From: Candidatus Poriferihabitaceae bacterium
Lineage (GTDB): Bacteria > Pseudomonadota > Gammaproteobacteria > Arenicellales > Poriferihabitantaceae
Direction of reading: 5' to 3'
NCBI GenBank assembly: GCA_965226545.1
Contig: OZ245364.1
Location: forward strand, 171,499 to 235,498
Length of the DNA: 64,000 bases
The number at the start of each line of letters is the position of its first letter. The first letter of the stretch is position 1. The notes below the pieces were generated by a model, which ran no database searches, was not told the DNA's origin, and saw only the letters and a program-made list of their open reading frames with translations. Of this stretch, positions 52,862 through 62,336 are shown piece after piece. A program made the position numbers and the translations under genes.

Positions 52862-55800
52862 ATGAAAAACCGACCGAATCACCACGTTGCCGCGCGGGCG
52901 GTTTGGCGTGGTTGGGTGGCGTGTGCGGCGTTGGTGATGGGGTTGGCGGCGGCACAATCGGCGCATGCGCAAACCGGCCCCGATTTTCCGGCAAGCGCCG
53001 AGATAGCGGCGCAAACTTTCTCGATATGGCAATCGATTACCCCGATTACGCTCGCCGCCGCCGATGACGGCGTCTCGCCTGTCGCGTATACCTTAACCTC
53101 TGGCGACACCAGCATCGCAGACGGCGCGCGCATCGCCGGCTTGATTTACACCGCCGGCGCCCCGGCAACCATCAGCGGCACGCCCAGCGCCGCCTTCGAC
53201 GACACGCTCACCTACACCGCCACGGACGCCAACGGCGCAACCGATTCGCTGATATTCGCGATGACTATCGAAGCGCCGGCATTCGAACAGGAATTGTATT
53301 CGTATACTTTCACCGTCGGCACAGCCGCGCAATTGGATTTGCCGCTGGTCAGCGGCATCGATGTTTATCATTCGTATGGCGAAGCCTTTGGCGTGCGCAT
53401 CGATGCGCAAACCAATCCGCCGCAATTAATCGCCGATGGCAGCGCCGCCATTGGCGTGGTCACTTTCGATTATGCGGCGTTGGGGCGGTTATACGATATG
53501 ACGAAAATCGAGGCGGTGATAATCGCCGGCTTGGGCGCCGATTTGATGCCGTCTTATACTTTCACCGCCGGCACGGCGATGACTTTCGATATGCCGAGCG
53601 TCACCGGGGCGACGATTTACACCGCCGAGATTGCCGCAAACGCCGGCTATGGCGTGGATTTCTCCTCCAGCCCGCCGAAGTTGTACAACGCAACTACGCT
53701 TGGCAATTCGGCGTATACGCAGTATTACACCTTTGATGTTACGGTTGCATCTGCGGCGGATACGGCGTCGAGCAGTTTGTCGAGCACTATCCCGGTCGAG
53801 TTGGTGGTGTATGCGCGATTGACGTTTCCGGGTGTCAGTGCGAACGGCCGCGAATCTGTTTTATTCAACAGGGATACGGAAACCGCCGTCCTCGCTTACA
53901 CGTTTCGAGCGACCGGCGGGTTGGCGCCGCGCACTTACTCGATTGACTCGGCGGTGTCGAGCGGGTTGACGTCTTCCGCAAACGCCGACGGCTTTTCCAT
54001 TCAAGGCAAATTGGTTGCCGGCGTAGACGACGACCGCACAATTACCGTTACAGACGCCAACGGCGCCACCGCAACTCTTGAGATTGCATTGAAATCAAAA
54101 AGAGGCGATGAAATTGCAACGCGCGATGTGTTGCAGGCATTCGCTTACTACACCTTCACCGCCGGCACGGCGACGACTTTCTTCCCTTCCGCAGACCTCA
54201 CCGGCGACTCGGACGGATTGGAGTGGGTTTTCAGTTGCGATGCGTCGGGCATCGGTTGCATCGGCGACAACGATGCGGGCGACATCAGTGGCGTGTTCAG
54301 CACGGCGGGCACCGCCGCCGGCGTCGCCGTCACCATACACGCCACCGACATTAGAGAAAACCGCGCATTTACCACCCTTTATTTCGTCGTCGTCCCCGCC
54401 CCAAGTTTCGACCTTCCGCCGGTGGTTGCGGTGCCTGCAGACAACAGCACCACCCCCTACACCTTCACCGCCAAACACGGCCGAGCCCCGCTGGCGTATT
54501 CGCTTGACCCGGCATTGCCGAGCGCAACCGATAGCGGCATAACCTTCAGCAGCGACGGCGTATTGAGCGGCACCGGGTCATTGCTGGGCAAACAATTCGT
54601 CATCACCGCCACGGACCGAAACGGCGCAGTCGGCGCAGCCACCTTCCTGATGTCCACCCTCGAAGCCCCGGCATTCGCCCAAGCGGAATACGATTACACC
54701 TTCACCGCCGGCACCGCCAAACAAATCAACCTGCCGAGGGCAACGCAAGGCGCATTCCAAAGTTACAGCGCCGGCGCCATCACCGCCGCAGGATTCACCT
54801 TCTCCGCCGGCGCCGCCTTTGCCGCCGACACTGCGCCCGACCAACATCAAACGCCAACCCTCAGCGCCGACCAAACCAGCCAAGCCGGCGATTTCACCTT
54901 CACCCTATCCGCCGATGCGAGCGGCTACAACCCGTCCGCATCGATTCGCGTACACATCGCCGCCGCTTTGGCATTCCCGGCCAATGCGCCGACCACATTC
55001 ACCTTCACCGCCGGCGAAGCCGTCGACCTCACCTTTTCGCAAGTGAATGGCGGCGTTGCGCCGATGGGCTATGGCATCAGCGGCGATTTGCCGGATGGCT
55101 TGGCATTCGATGCGCCCAACAACGCCCCGCCGCGAATTTTCGGCACGCCGAGCGTGATGGAAGAAAGCGCCGTTACCTTGCAAGCCATCGATGCAAGCGG
55201 CGCAATGGCGCAATTGGCGATGACCATGACGGTGTTTAATGTGCCGGTGTTTTCGCCCGCCATCATTAATGTCACCTACACCGTCGGCAGCCCGTATTAC
55301 ACCAGCGACGATGTCACCCCTCGATATGCGCTCGAATTAACCTTGCCGGCGGCGCAAATATCAGTCGGCAGTTTGTCGTATACCGTCAGCGGCACCTTAA
55401 ACGGCTTGGCCGCTACATTGCTATCGGATAATCGAGTCGTAATAAGCGGCACGCCAACCTCCGCCGGCGCAGTGGTTTATCAACGAGTCGTCACCTCCGA
55501 CAACGGCTTGACCGCAACCTTCGTCGCCAATTTAAACATCCTCAACTCGCCGACGCCGTTGTTTTTGGCGACGCAAGGCGATTTGTCATTCACCGCCGCC
55601 CATCTCAGCACCTATTCCCTCATCTCGGCCATCGGCGGCAGCGGCGCGCTTGCCTATTCACTGTCGCGCGTCGGCGGCAGCACCAATGCATTCGATTTGG
55701 TTTCCGCCTCGCGGAAATTGCGCAGTAAAGCGAATTTGACCGTCGCTGATGCCGGGCAATATATCCTGGTCGCCACCGACACCGTCAATGCGCGCGGCGA

Positions 55801-58800
55801 GACCACCTTTAACGTTGTCGTCGCCGCGAAGTTGGAATTTCCGGCGTCGGCGAGCCCGGTGTTCACCTATCGCAACACCGGGCAACTGTTCGATTTCACC
55901 CTTGCCAACGCCAACGGCGGGCAGGCGGCGGTTACTTATGTATTAACTTCCGCCGGGGAAATTTCAGCGGACTCCACCTTCGCCGATTTATCCTATGCAG
56001 CCGCCTCCGGCACAACCCCGGCGCGATTGGTCGGTACGCCAATCAGCCGCCGCACAACGATGTTCACCTATGCCGCCACGGACGCCAACAGCGCAACCGA
56101 TATGTTTGCCTTCACCCTGCAAACCTTGACCCAACCATCGTTCACCCCGACCGGACCGGTGGCATTGTCGTACACCCAAAACGACCCGACGCACACTTCG
56201 GGCGGCACCACCAACGACGAAGCCATCACCTTGCCAAGCGCGATTAGCGGCGATACTTTGGCGTACACCATCGGCGGCGCATTGCCGAGCGGGATGATAA
56301 GCACGGCATTGGACGGCGGGGCGCGATTGGTGATTAGCGGCGCGCCTTCGGTGGCGGGGAATTTTACTTTTCATCACATCGCCACCGATACTGTGCCGCA
56401 TGTTAATACCTACACCGTGACCATCTATGTCGCCGCCGAACCGGTGTTTGCCGCCGCGCAAGATAAATTGCATGCGACTTTGAATTTTGTATTCAGCAAC
56501 CACGACCTGCCGAGCGTAAGCGGCGGGTATGGCACGCTTAATTATGCACTCGCCCCAACCTTGCCGGGCGGGCTTGCCTACACCTCGCCGACTCGAATCA
56601 GCGGTACGCCGAGCGTTTTGAACGATGTCGGCAATGCCACCTACACCTTGACTGCAACCGATGCACACGGTGCGCAGACCGAATTATTGTTTGAACTCGA
56701 AATCTATCCGCCGTTGGCATTCCAAAGCGGCAATCCGCAGGAGTTAACCTATACCGTCGACACTCCCAAAACCGCATCATTCCTGCCGGCAACCGGCGGG
56801 CGTACGCCGTTGACCTATTCGATGGTTACGAGCGGTAACGCCGGCTTGACCTTCGATGCCGATGCGCGCGTATTGAGCGGCAGTTTCACCGCCGCCCCGC
56901 CCGGCACCCCGCAGTTTAATTACACCGTGACCGATGCCAACGGCGCGTTTCTCCACTACGCCTTTCGCTATGTCGTGGTCGGTGCGCCGCGATTCACCAC
57001 GGCGAACGAAAACGCATTAGAAGCCGGCTATTCCTTCCGCGCCGGCACCGCCATCGCCGCCAACACCACCTTGCCGACGGCGTTGGCCGGGGCATTGCCG
57101 TTAACCTATAAACTCACCATCGGCGCGGATTCGCAATACGGCGCGGAAACTTTCGCGCATGCCAACGGCATCACATTCGACATCGCCACCCGCACCTTAA
57201 GCGGCACGCCAACCGCACAAGAACGCATCACCACCCATCTGCGCTATCACGCGCGCGATGCCAACGCCACAGACGCGGCGGAAAATACGCATATCTTCAT
57301 TGCGCCAACGCTTGACATCGGCGGGCAGGTCGATTTAACCTTTGGTACGCGCCAGGAAAACGTCGACATCAGTTTGTCGAGGGTCGAAGACGAAGTCGAC
57401 AATGTTACTTATTCACTCAACGGATTAAACGGCGCGATTTTGCCGGCCGGGTTAACGCTTAATCCGACTTCGGTGGATGCGCAATTTGGCGCGCAATTGG
57501 GCGGCACGACCGGGCAAGCGGTATACCCCACCCAAACTTTCGTCTACACCGCCACCGATGATTACGACGGCGCGCAAGCGCACACCACTTTCAGCATCAC
57601 CGTGCAGTTGCGCCCGTCGTTTACCCCGACACAATTGGTCGCCACCTACACCCAAAACGAATCGCGTTGGACCGCGGACGACGGCGCAAGCGGCGGCGAA
57701 ACGTTAACCTTGCCATTCGCCACGCACGACACGTTGCCATTGAGTTACGCCGTTGACGGCAATCTGCCGAACGGTGTGACGGCGATTGTCCTCGCCGATG
57801 ACTCCCTCGAGTTAAGCGATGCGCCGAGCGTCGTCGGCGACTTCACCTATATCCGCTACGCCACCGACAGCAACGACCGCAGCGATACATTTACCTTAAA
57901 CCTGCACGTCAACCCGCGGCCGAGTTTTGATGACAGTCAAGCGCGTTTGTCGGTTACGCCCGGCGGCAGGCAAGACGACGTGCAATTGCCAATAGTCAGC
58001 GGTGGTTCCGGCGCCATTTCCTACGCGATTTCGCCGAGTGCCGCTCGTTCCGGTTTAACTGTGGTGTTGGACAGCGCAACTGCGATGTTGACCTATGGCG
58101 CAAGCGTTAGGACAAGCGACGGCGAAGAAACCACGCCGGGGAGTTACCAATACGAACTCACCGCCATCGACGCCAATGGCGCGACTGTGTCTTTGACGTT
58201 TGATATACAAGTGCATAAAGGGTTGGCGTTTGCCAAGGACTTCTCCGACATCGGCGCCACTTACACCATCGGCGTGCCGTTGACCTTGCCGGCTGCGGAA
58301 GGCGGCTTGGAACCTTATGCGTTTGAAATCTCTTATCCCGATAAGGGCGCAGATGATTTTCCACGCCCGCTCAACAGCATCCTCGTAAACCCGGGGTTGG
58401 TGGTGAGCGACGACACCGCTTCGCCGTTGGTTATCGACGGCCCGCTGGTACACACCGGACGATTGGCAGAAAACGAAAATTTTACCTTGTCATATACGGT
58501 CACAGACGCCAACGGCGCGACCACCAATCAACTGTTCACCTTTAGCATTGTGCCGATGGCGTTTGTCGATGGCAGCCCGCCGCAAGCAGTCGATGTACTC
58601 GAACTCGATTTCAATGTCGGCGTTATCACCACGCATGACATCTCGGCGACCTATGCGGGCGGCACCGACAATTATGTCGCCTATCAATGTATCGGTGTGC
58701 ACAACGAGGGTTGCAGGGATTACACCGAATTGTCGGAGCCAAGTGCCGGGCTGAATTTTTATGTCGACGAAGGGCTTACGTTTGTCGGCTCGAACGAAGC

Positions 58801-60346
58801 CGGTGGAGTCCACGTCGTCAAGTTAATCAGCAGCGTCGACTACGGCAAAAACTTCGAAGGGGTTAAACGCGAGTATGTAATGCAAGCCACCTACATGACG
58901 ACCGTCGGCGGTGCCTTTGCGCCGACTGAGTTTGTGAAGACGTTAACCATCTCGATAAACCTCAAAAGCCCCGACCGCTTCGCCGCGCTTAATGACGAAG
59001 TGCTGCCCAAAGTGGCGGTGGCGGCGGTCGCCGGCACCATCGGCGCGATTACCGACCGCATCGCCAACATCTCCGCCGTCCCGCGTCTTGCGATAGGCGG
59101 GCAATCGCCGGTGATGGCGTTTGCCAATAACGCAAAAGCCTGGGTCGACCAAACCCTCGACGGCAAAAAATTATTGTCCGGCAGCAGTTTCGTAATGCCG
59201 TTGGGCGCACATACCGGCGGCGATGTCGCCGCGCCAACCCAAAGCGCGGCGGCGGTGTGGGGCAGTGCGAATTATCGCGAACTGTCCGGCGACGCCAACC
59301 TCATCGATTGGAGCGGCAATATGCTGAGCATCCATCTGGGAATGGATGCGCCGATTGCGCCCAACCTGCGCGCCGGCTTTGCCGTGACCCAATCCGAAAC
59401 CCAAATCGATTACACCAACTTAACCACGCCGTTGCCCAATCGGGTGCAAGCCAACAGTTTCACGGTCGACGCCGCCAAAGGCGATTACACCGTCGATGTG
59501 ATTGCAGCGTATCCGTATGTCAGTTGGCAAAACGAAAACACCTCGCTGTGGGCAAGCCTCGGCGGCGGCGCCGGTGAATTGACCATCAGCGAATTGGGCG
59601 AAACCCATAAAGCCGACCTCGGCTTGCTGGCCGGCGGCATGGGCGTCAACAGTTACCTCTCGCCGCAACTGCAATTGCGCGTCGAACTGCAAGCCGGCGC
59701 GATGGACATCAAGGAAAACGATGACGAAACTATCCTCGACCAAGACATCAGCACCAGCACCGCGCGCGCCGGCTTGCGCTGGCATCGGCTGCAGCCGACC
59801 GTCGCCGGCGCGGTGCGGCAATCCAATGTGCAACTCGGCGTGCGCCAAGACGGCGGAGACGGCGCCAAAGGCTCGGCGGTCGAAGCCGGGCTGGGCTGGA
59901 ATTATCGCCGCAGCCGCGTCACCCTCGAAACCGGAATGTATACCCTGCTCGGCAACGCCGAATACCGCGAACACGGCATTTATGGTCAACTGCGCGTAGT
60001 CGCCGGCGCCGACGGACAAGGATTGGCCATCGATATCCGCCCAAGTTACGGCGACAGCGCGCAACAATACGGCAAAATGTGGGATGCCGAAACCTTCGCC
60101 GATTTGGACGCCAATGATGAAGACTACGCAATGCAAACCGAAGCGCGCCTATCCTACGGCTGGCAAGGCGCACACGGCTTACTCGCCCCCTTCTTCGATG
60201 TCACCACCGCCACAGACGACACCTACCGCCTCGGCCTGGATTGGTCACCAACCCGCCGCGTACAAGTTAACCTCACCGGGCAACATCAACAAGAGTCCGG
60301 CGTCGACGAACAAAGCGTATTGCTCAAAGGCGAAGTGCGCTTCTAA
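52862..60346 (+). CDS. Giant autotransporter adhesin with tandem putative Ig/cadherin-like repeats
   Basis: Signal peptide ending AHA; many ~95-aa repeats (LP.A.GG..PL.Y...LP.GL...ISGTP...YTATDANG); C-terminal beta-barrel with RQDGGD...G..VE.G.G and terminal F. Confidence 0.85.
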   Translation: MKNRPNHHVAARAVWRGWVACAALVMGLAAAQSAHAQTGPDFPASAEIAAQTFSIWQSITPITLAAADDGVSPVAYTLTSGDTSIADGARIAGLIYTAGAPATISGTPSAAFDDTLTYTATDANGATDSLIFAMTIEAPAFEQELYSYTFTVGTAAQLDLPLVSGIDVYHSYGEAFGVRIDAQTNPPQLIADGSAAIGVVTFDYAALGRLYDMTKIEAVIIAGLGADLMPSYTFTAGTAMTFDMPSVTGATIYTAEIAANAGYGVDFSSSPPKLYNATTLGNSAYTQYYTFDVTVASAADTASSSLSSTIPVELVVYARLTFPGVSANGRESVLFNRDTETAVLAYTFRATGGLAPRTYSIDSAVSSGLTSSANADGFSIQGKLVAGVDDDRTITVTDANGATATLEIALKSKRGDEIATRDVLQAFAYYTFTAGTATTFFPSADLTGDSDGLEWVFSCDASGIGCIGDNDAGDISGVFSTAGTAAGVAVTIHATDIRENRAFTTLYFVVVPAPSFDLPPVVAVPADNSTTPYTFTAKHGRAPLAYSLDPALPSATDSGITFSSDGVLSGTGSLLGKQFVITATDRNGAVGAATFLMSTLEAPAFAQAEYDYTFTAGTAKQINLPRATQGAFQSYSAGAITAAGFTFSAGAAFAADTAPDQHQTPTLSADQTSQAGDFTFTLSADASGYNPSASIRVHIAAALAFPANAPTTFTFTAGEAVDLTFSQVNGGVAPMGYGISGDLPDGLAFDAPNNAPPRIFGTPSVMEESAVTLQAIDASGAMAQLAMTMTVFNVPVFSPAIINVTYTVGSPYYTSDDVTPRYALELTLPAAQISVGSLSYTVSGTLNGLAATLLSDNRVVISGTPTSAGAVVYQRVVTSDNGLTATFVANLNILNSPTPLFLATQGDLSFTAAHLSTYSLISAIGGSGALAYSLSRVGGSTNAFDLVSASRKLRSKANLTVADAGQYILVATDTVNARGETTFNVVVAAKLEFPASASPVFTYRNTGQLFDFTLANANGGQAAVTYVLTSAGEISADSTFADLSYAAASGTTPARLVGTPISRRTTMFTYAATDANSATDMFAFTLQTLTQPSFTPTGPVALSYTQNDPTHTSGGTTNDEAITLPSAISGDTLAYTIGGALPSGMISTALDGGARLVISGAPSVAGNFTFHHIATDTVPHVNTYTVTIYVAAEPVFAAAQDKLHATLNFVFSNHDLPSVSGGYGTLNYALAPTLPGGLAYTSPTRISGTPSVLNDVGNATYTLTATDAHGAQTELLFELEIYPPLAFQSGNPQELTYTVDTPKTASFLPATGGRTPLTYSMVTSGNAGLTFDADARVLSGSFTAAPPGTPQFNYTVTDANGAFLHYAFRYVVVGAPRFTTANENALEAGYSFRAGTAIAANTTLPTALAGALPLTYKLTIGADSQYGAETFAHANGITFDIATRTLSGTPTAQERITTHLRYHARDANATDAAENTHIFIAPTLDIGGQVDLTFGTRQENVDISLSRVEDEVDNVTYSLNGLNGAILPAGLTLNPTSVDAQFGAQLGGTTGQAVYPTQTFVYTATDDYDGAQAHTTFSITVQLRPSFTPTQLVATYTQNESRWTADDGASGGETLTLPFATHDTLPLSYAVDGNLPNGVTAIVLADDSLELSDAPSVVGDFTYIRYATDSNDRSDTFTLNLHVNPRPSFDDSQARLSVTPGGRQDDVQLPIVSGGSGAISYAISPSAARSGLTVVLDSATAMLTYGASVRTSDGEETTPGSYQYELTAIDANGATVSLTFDIQVHKGLAFAKDFSDIGATYTIGVPLTLPAAEGGLEPYAFEISYPDKGADDFPRPLNSILVNPGLVVSDDTASPLVIDGPLVHTGRLAENENFTLSYTVTDANGATTNQLFTFSIVPMAFVDGSPPQAVDVLELDFNVGVITTHDISATYAGGTDNYVAYQCIGVHNEGCRDYTELSEPSAGLNFYVDEGLTFVGSNEAGGVHVVKLISSVDYGKNFEGVKREYVMQATYMTTVGGAFAPTEFVKTLTISINLKSPDRFAALNDEVLPKVAVAAVAGTIGAITDRIANISAVPRLAIGGQSPVMAFANNAKAWVDQTLDGKKLLSGSSFVMPLGAHTGGDVAAPTQSAAAVWGSANYRELSGDANLIDWSGNMLSIHLGMDAPIAPNLRAGFAVTQSETQIDYTNLTTPLPNRVQANSFTVDAAKGDYTVDVIAAYPYVSWQNENTSLWASLGGGAGELTISELGETHKADLGLLAGGMGVNSYLSPQLQLRVELQAGAMDIKENDDETILDQDISTSTARAGLRWHRLQPTVAGAVRQSNVQLGVRQDGGDGAKGSAVEAGLGWNYRRSRVTLETGMYTLLGNAEYREHGIYGQLRVVAGADGQGLAIDIRPSYGDSAQQYGKMWDAETFADLDANDEDYAMQTEARLSYGWQGAHGLLAPFFDVTTATDDTYRLGLDWSPTRRVQVNLTGQHQQESGVDEQSVLLKGEVRF

Positions 60347-60508
60347 TCGCACGGCGCATTGCCCGCCGTTGTCTGTGGACTTCGGCGGGTTTTTTGCGGT
60401 TGTGATGGGAATTGATAATTGATGATTCGCAATTCACCATTTACAATTCACCATTCACAAATTCACAAGTGTGTTTCGTTAATCGGTAACCCGTAACCAT
60501 TAATTCGT

Positions 60509-61477
60509 ATGAGCGAAGTTAAAGTAGAAAACCTGCATAAACGATTTGCCGGCGTTGGCGTGGTGAACGGCGTTTCGTTTGCGGTGGGCGCGCGCGAGGT
60601 GTTGGGGTTTTTGGGGCCGAACGGCGCGGGCAAGACGACCACGATGCGGATGATTACCGGATTCCTTGCGCCGGATGAAGGCGCGGCGACGATTGACGGG
60701 TGCGACCCGATGGAGGATCCGGTCGGCGCGCGCGGGCGGTTGGGGTATTTGCCCGAAGGCGCGCCGTTGTACGCCGATATGACGCCGCGCGGCTTGTTGG
60801 AATTTGTCGCGCAATGCCGCGCGATGCCGCGTGAAACGCGGCGCGCGCGAATCGATGATGCGATTGCGCGCGTGCATTTGGATTCGGTTGTCGACCAACG
60901 CATCGAAACCTTGTCGAAAGGCTATAAACGCCGCGTCGGCTTGGCGCAGGCGATTTTGCATGACCCGCAAGTGCTGATTTTGGATGAACCGACCGACGGC
61001 TTGGACCCGACGCAAAAAATCGAAGTGCGCGAACTCATCCGCCAGATGGCGAAAGACAAAGTGATTATTTTATCGACGCATATCTTGGAGGAAGTCGAGG
61101 CGGTGTGTACGCGCGCGATTATCATCGCCAAAGGCGCAATCGTCGCCGACGACACCCCGAGCGGCTTGTTGGCGCACGCCCCGGAACACAATCGCATTGT
61201 GCTGCATATCGCCGATGTCGGCGATGTCGAAGATGCACAGCGCGCGTTGGCGCAAGTGCCGGGAGTCGGCGCGGTGCGCGAACGCAAATCGGCGCGCGAA
61301 TTGCATGCGCGGCTGTTGCCGACGGCGGACGCCGATGTCGAATCGATTATTGCGCGCGTCGGCGAACTGGCCTTGCAGCATCGCTGGAAGGTGCGCGAAT
61401 TGCGGCGCGGCGGCGGCTCGTTGGAGCGCGCCTTTACCCAACTCACCCGCGCCGATGCGCGCCGCCGAGCCGCGTGA
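60509..61477 (+). CDS. ABC transporter ATP-binding protein (GldA-like)
   Basis: GPNGAGKTT, LSKGYKRRVGLAQA, ILDEPTDGLDP, LSTHIL. Confidence 0.9.
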   Translation: MSEVKVENLHKRFAGVGVVNGVSFAVGAREVLGFLGPNGAGKTTTMRMITGFLAPDEGAATIDGCDPMEDPVGARGRLGYLPEGAPLYADMTPRGLLEFVAQCRAMPRETRRARIDDAIARVHLDSVVDQRIETLSKGYKRRVGLAQAILHDPQVLILDEPTDGLDPTQKIEVRELIRQMAKDKVIILSTHILEEVEAVCTRAIIIAKGAIVADDTPSGLLAHAPEHNRIVLHIADVGDVEDAQRALAQVPGVGAVRERKSARELHARLLPTADADVESIIARVGELALQHRWKVRELRRGGGSLERAFTQLTRADARRRAA

Positions 61478-62211
61478 TGGACGCATTATTCGGCATCCTC
61501 AAGCGCGAACTCGGCGGCTATTTCGGCACGCCGATTGCCTATGTATTTCTGGTGATATTCCTGCTGTTGGCGGGGTTTTTCACCTTTTTCATCGGCGGGT
61601 TTTTTGCGCGCGCGCAGGCCGATTTATCGGCGTTTTTCAGTTTTCATCCGTGGCTGTATTTGTTTTTGGTGCCGGCGTTATCGATGCGGCTATGGGCGGA
61701 AGAACGCCGCAGCGGCACAATTGAATTGTTGCTGACCTTGCCGGTCGGCGTATGGCAGGCGGTGCTCGGCAAATTTTTGGCGTCGTGGCTGTTCATCGCC
61801 GTGGCTTTGGCGTTGACGACGCCGTTGTGGATAAGCGTCAACATTCTCGGCGACCCGGATAACGGCGTAATCGCGGCCGCGTATTTCGGCAGTTGGCTGA
61901 TGGCCGGCGCCTATCTTGCGGTCGGCGCCTGCGTTTCGGCGGCTTGCGCCAATCAGGTGATTGCGTTTGTGGTGGCGTTGGCGGTGTGTTTGTTGTTGGT
62001 GCTAAGCGGCAATGCGGCGGTGTTGGATTTGTTCACCGCCTGGGCGCCGCAAGCGGTCATCGATGCAATCGCTTCGCTCAGTTTCCTTTCGCATTTCACC
62101 GCAATGACGCGCGGCGTAATAACGCTGCATGATGTTGTGTTTTTTGTTTCGGTCGGCGCGTTCTTTTTATTCGTCAACACCGTGGTGGTCGAGTTAAAAA
62201 AGGCGAATTAA
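61477..62211 (+). CDS. ABC-2 permease (GldF-like)
   Basis: RELGGYFGTPIAY, MRLWAEERRSGTIELLLTLP, VLGKFLA; ATG overlaps upstream stop. Confidence 0.9.
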   Translation: MDALFGILKRELGGYFGTPIAYVFLVIFLLLAGFFTFFIGGFFARAQADLSAFFSFHPWLYLFLVPALSMRLWAEERRSGTIELLLTLPVGVWQAVLGKFLASWLFIAVALALTTPLWISVNILGDPDNGVIAAAYFGSWLMAGAYLAVGACVSAACANQVIAFVVALAVCLLLVLSGNAAVLDLFTAWAPQAVIDAIASLSFLSHFTAMTRGVITLHDVVFFVSVGAFFLFVNTVVVELKKAN

Positions 62212-62336
62212 TCCGCGTTTGGTTTAATCGCAACTCAACCGTAACCGTCACTTCAGTCACTTATAACCGTAACGTAACAACCGTCACTTAACCGCAATCG
62301 ACATCATCAACTCGACATCGACATATCGACATCAAA

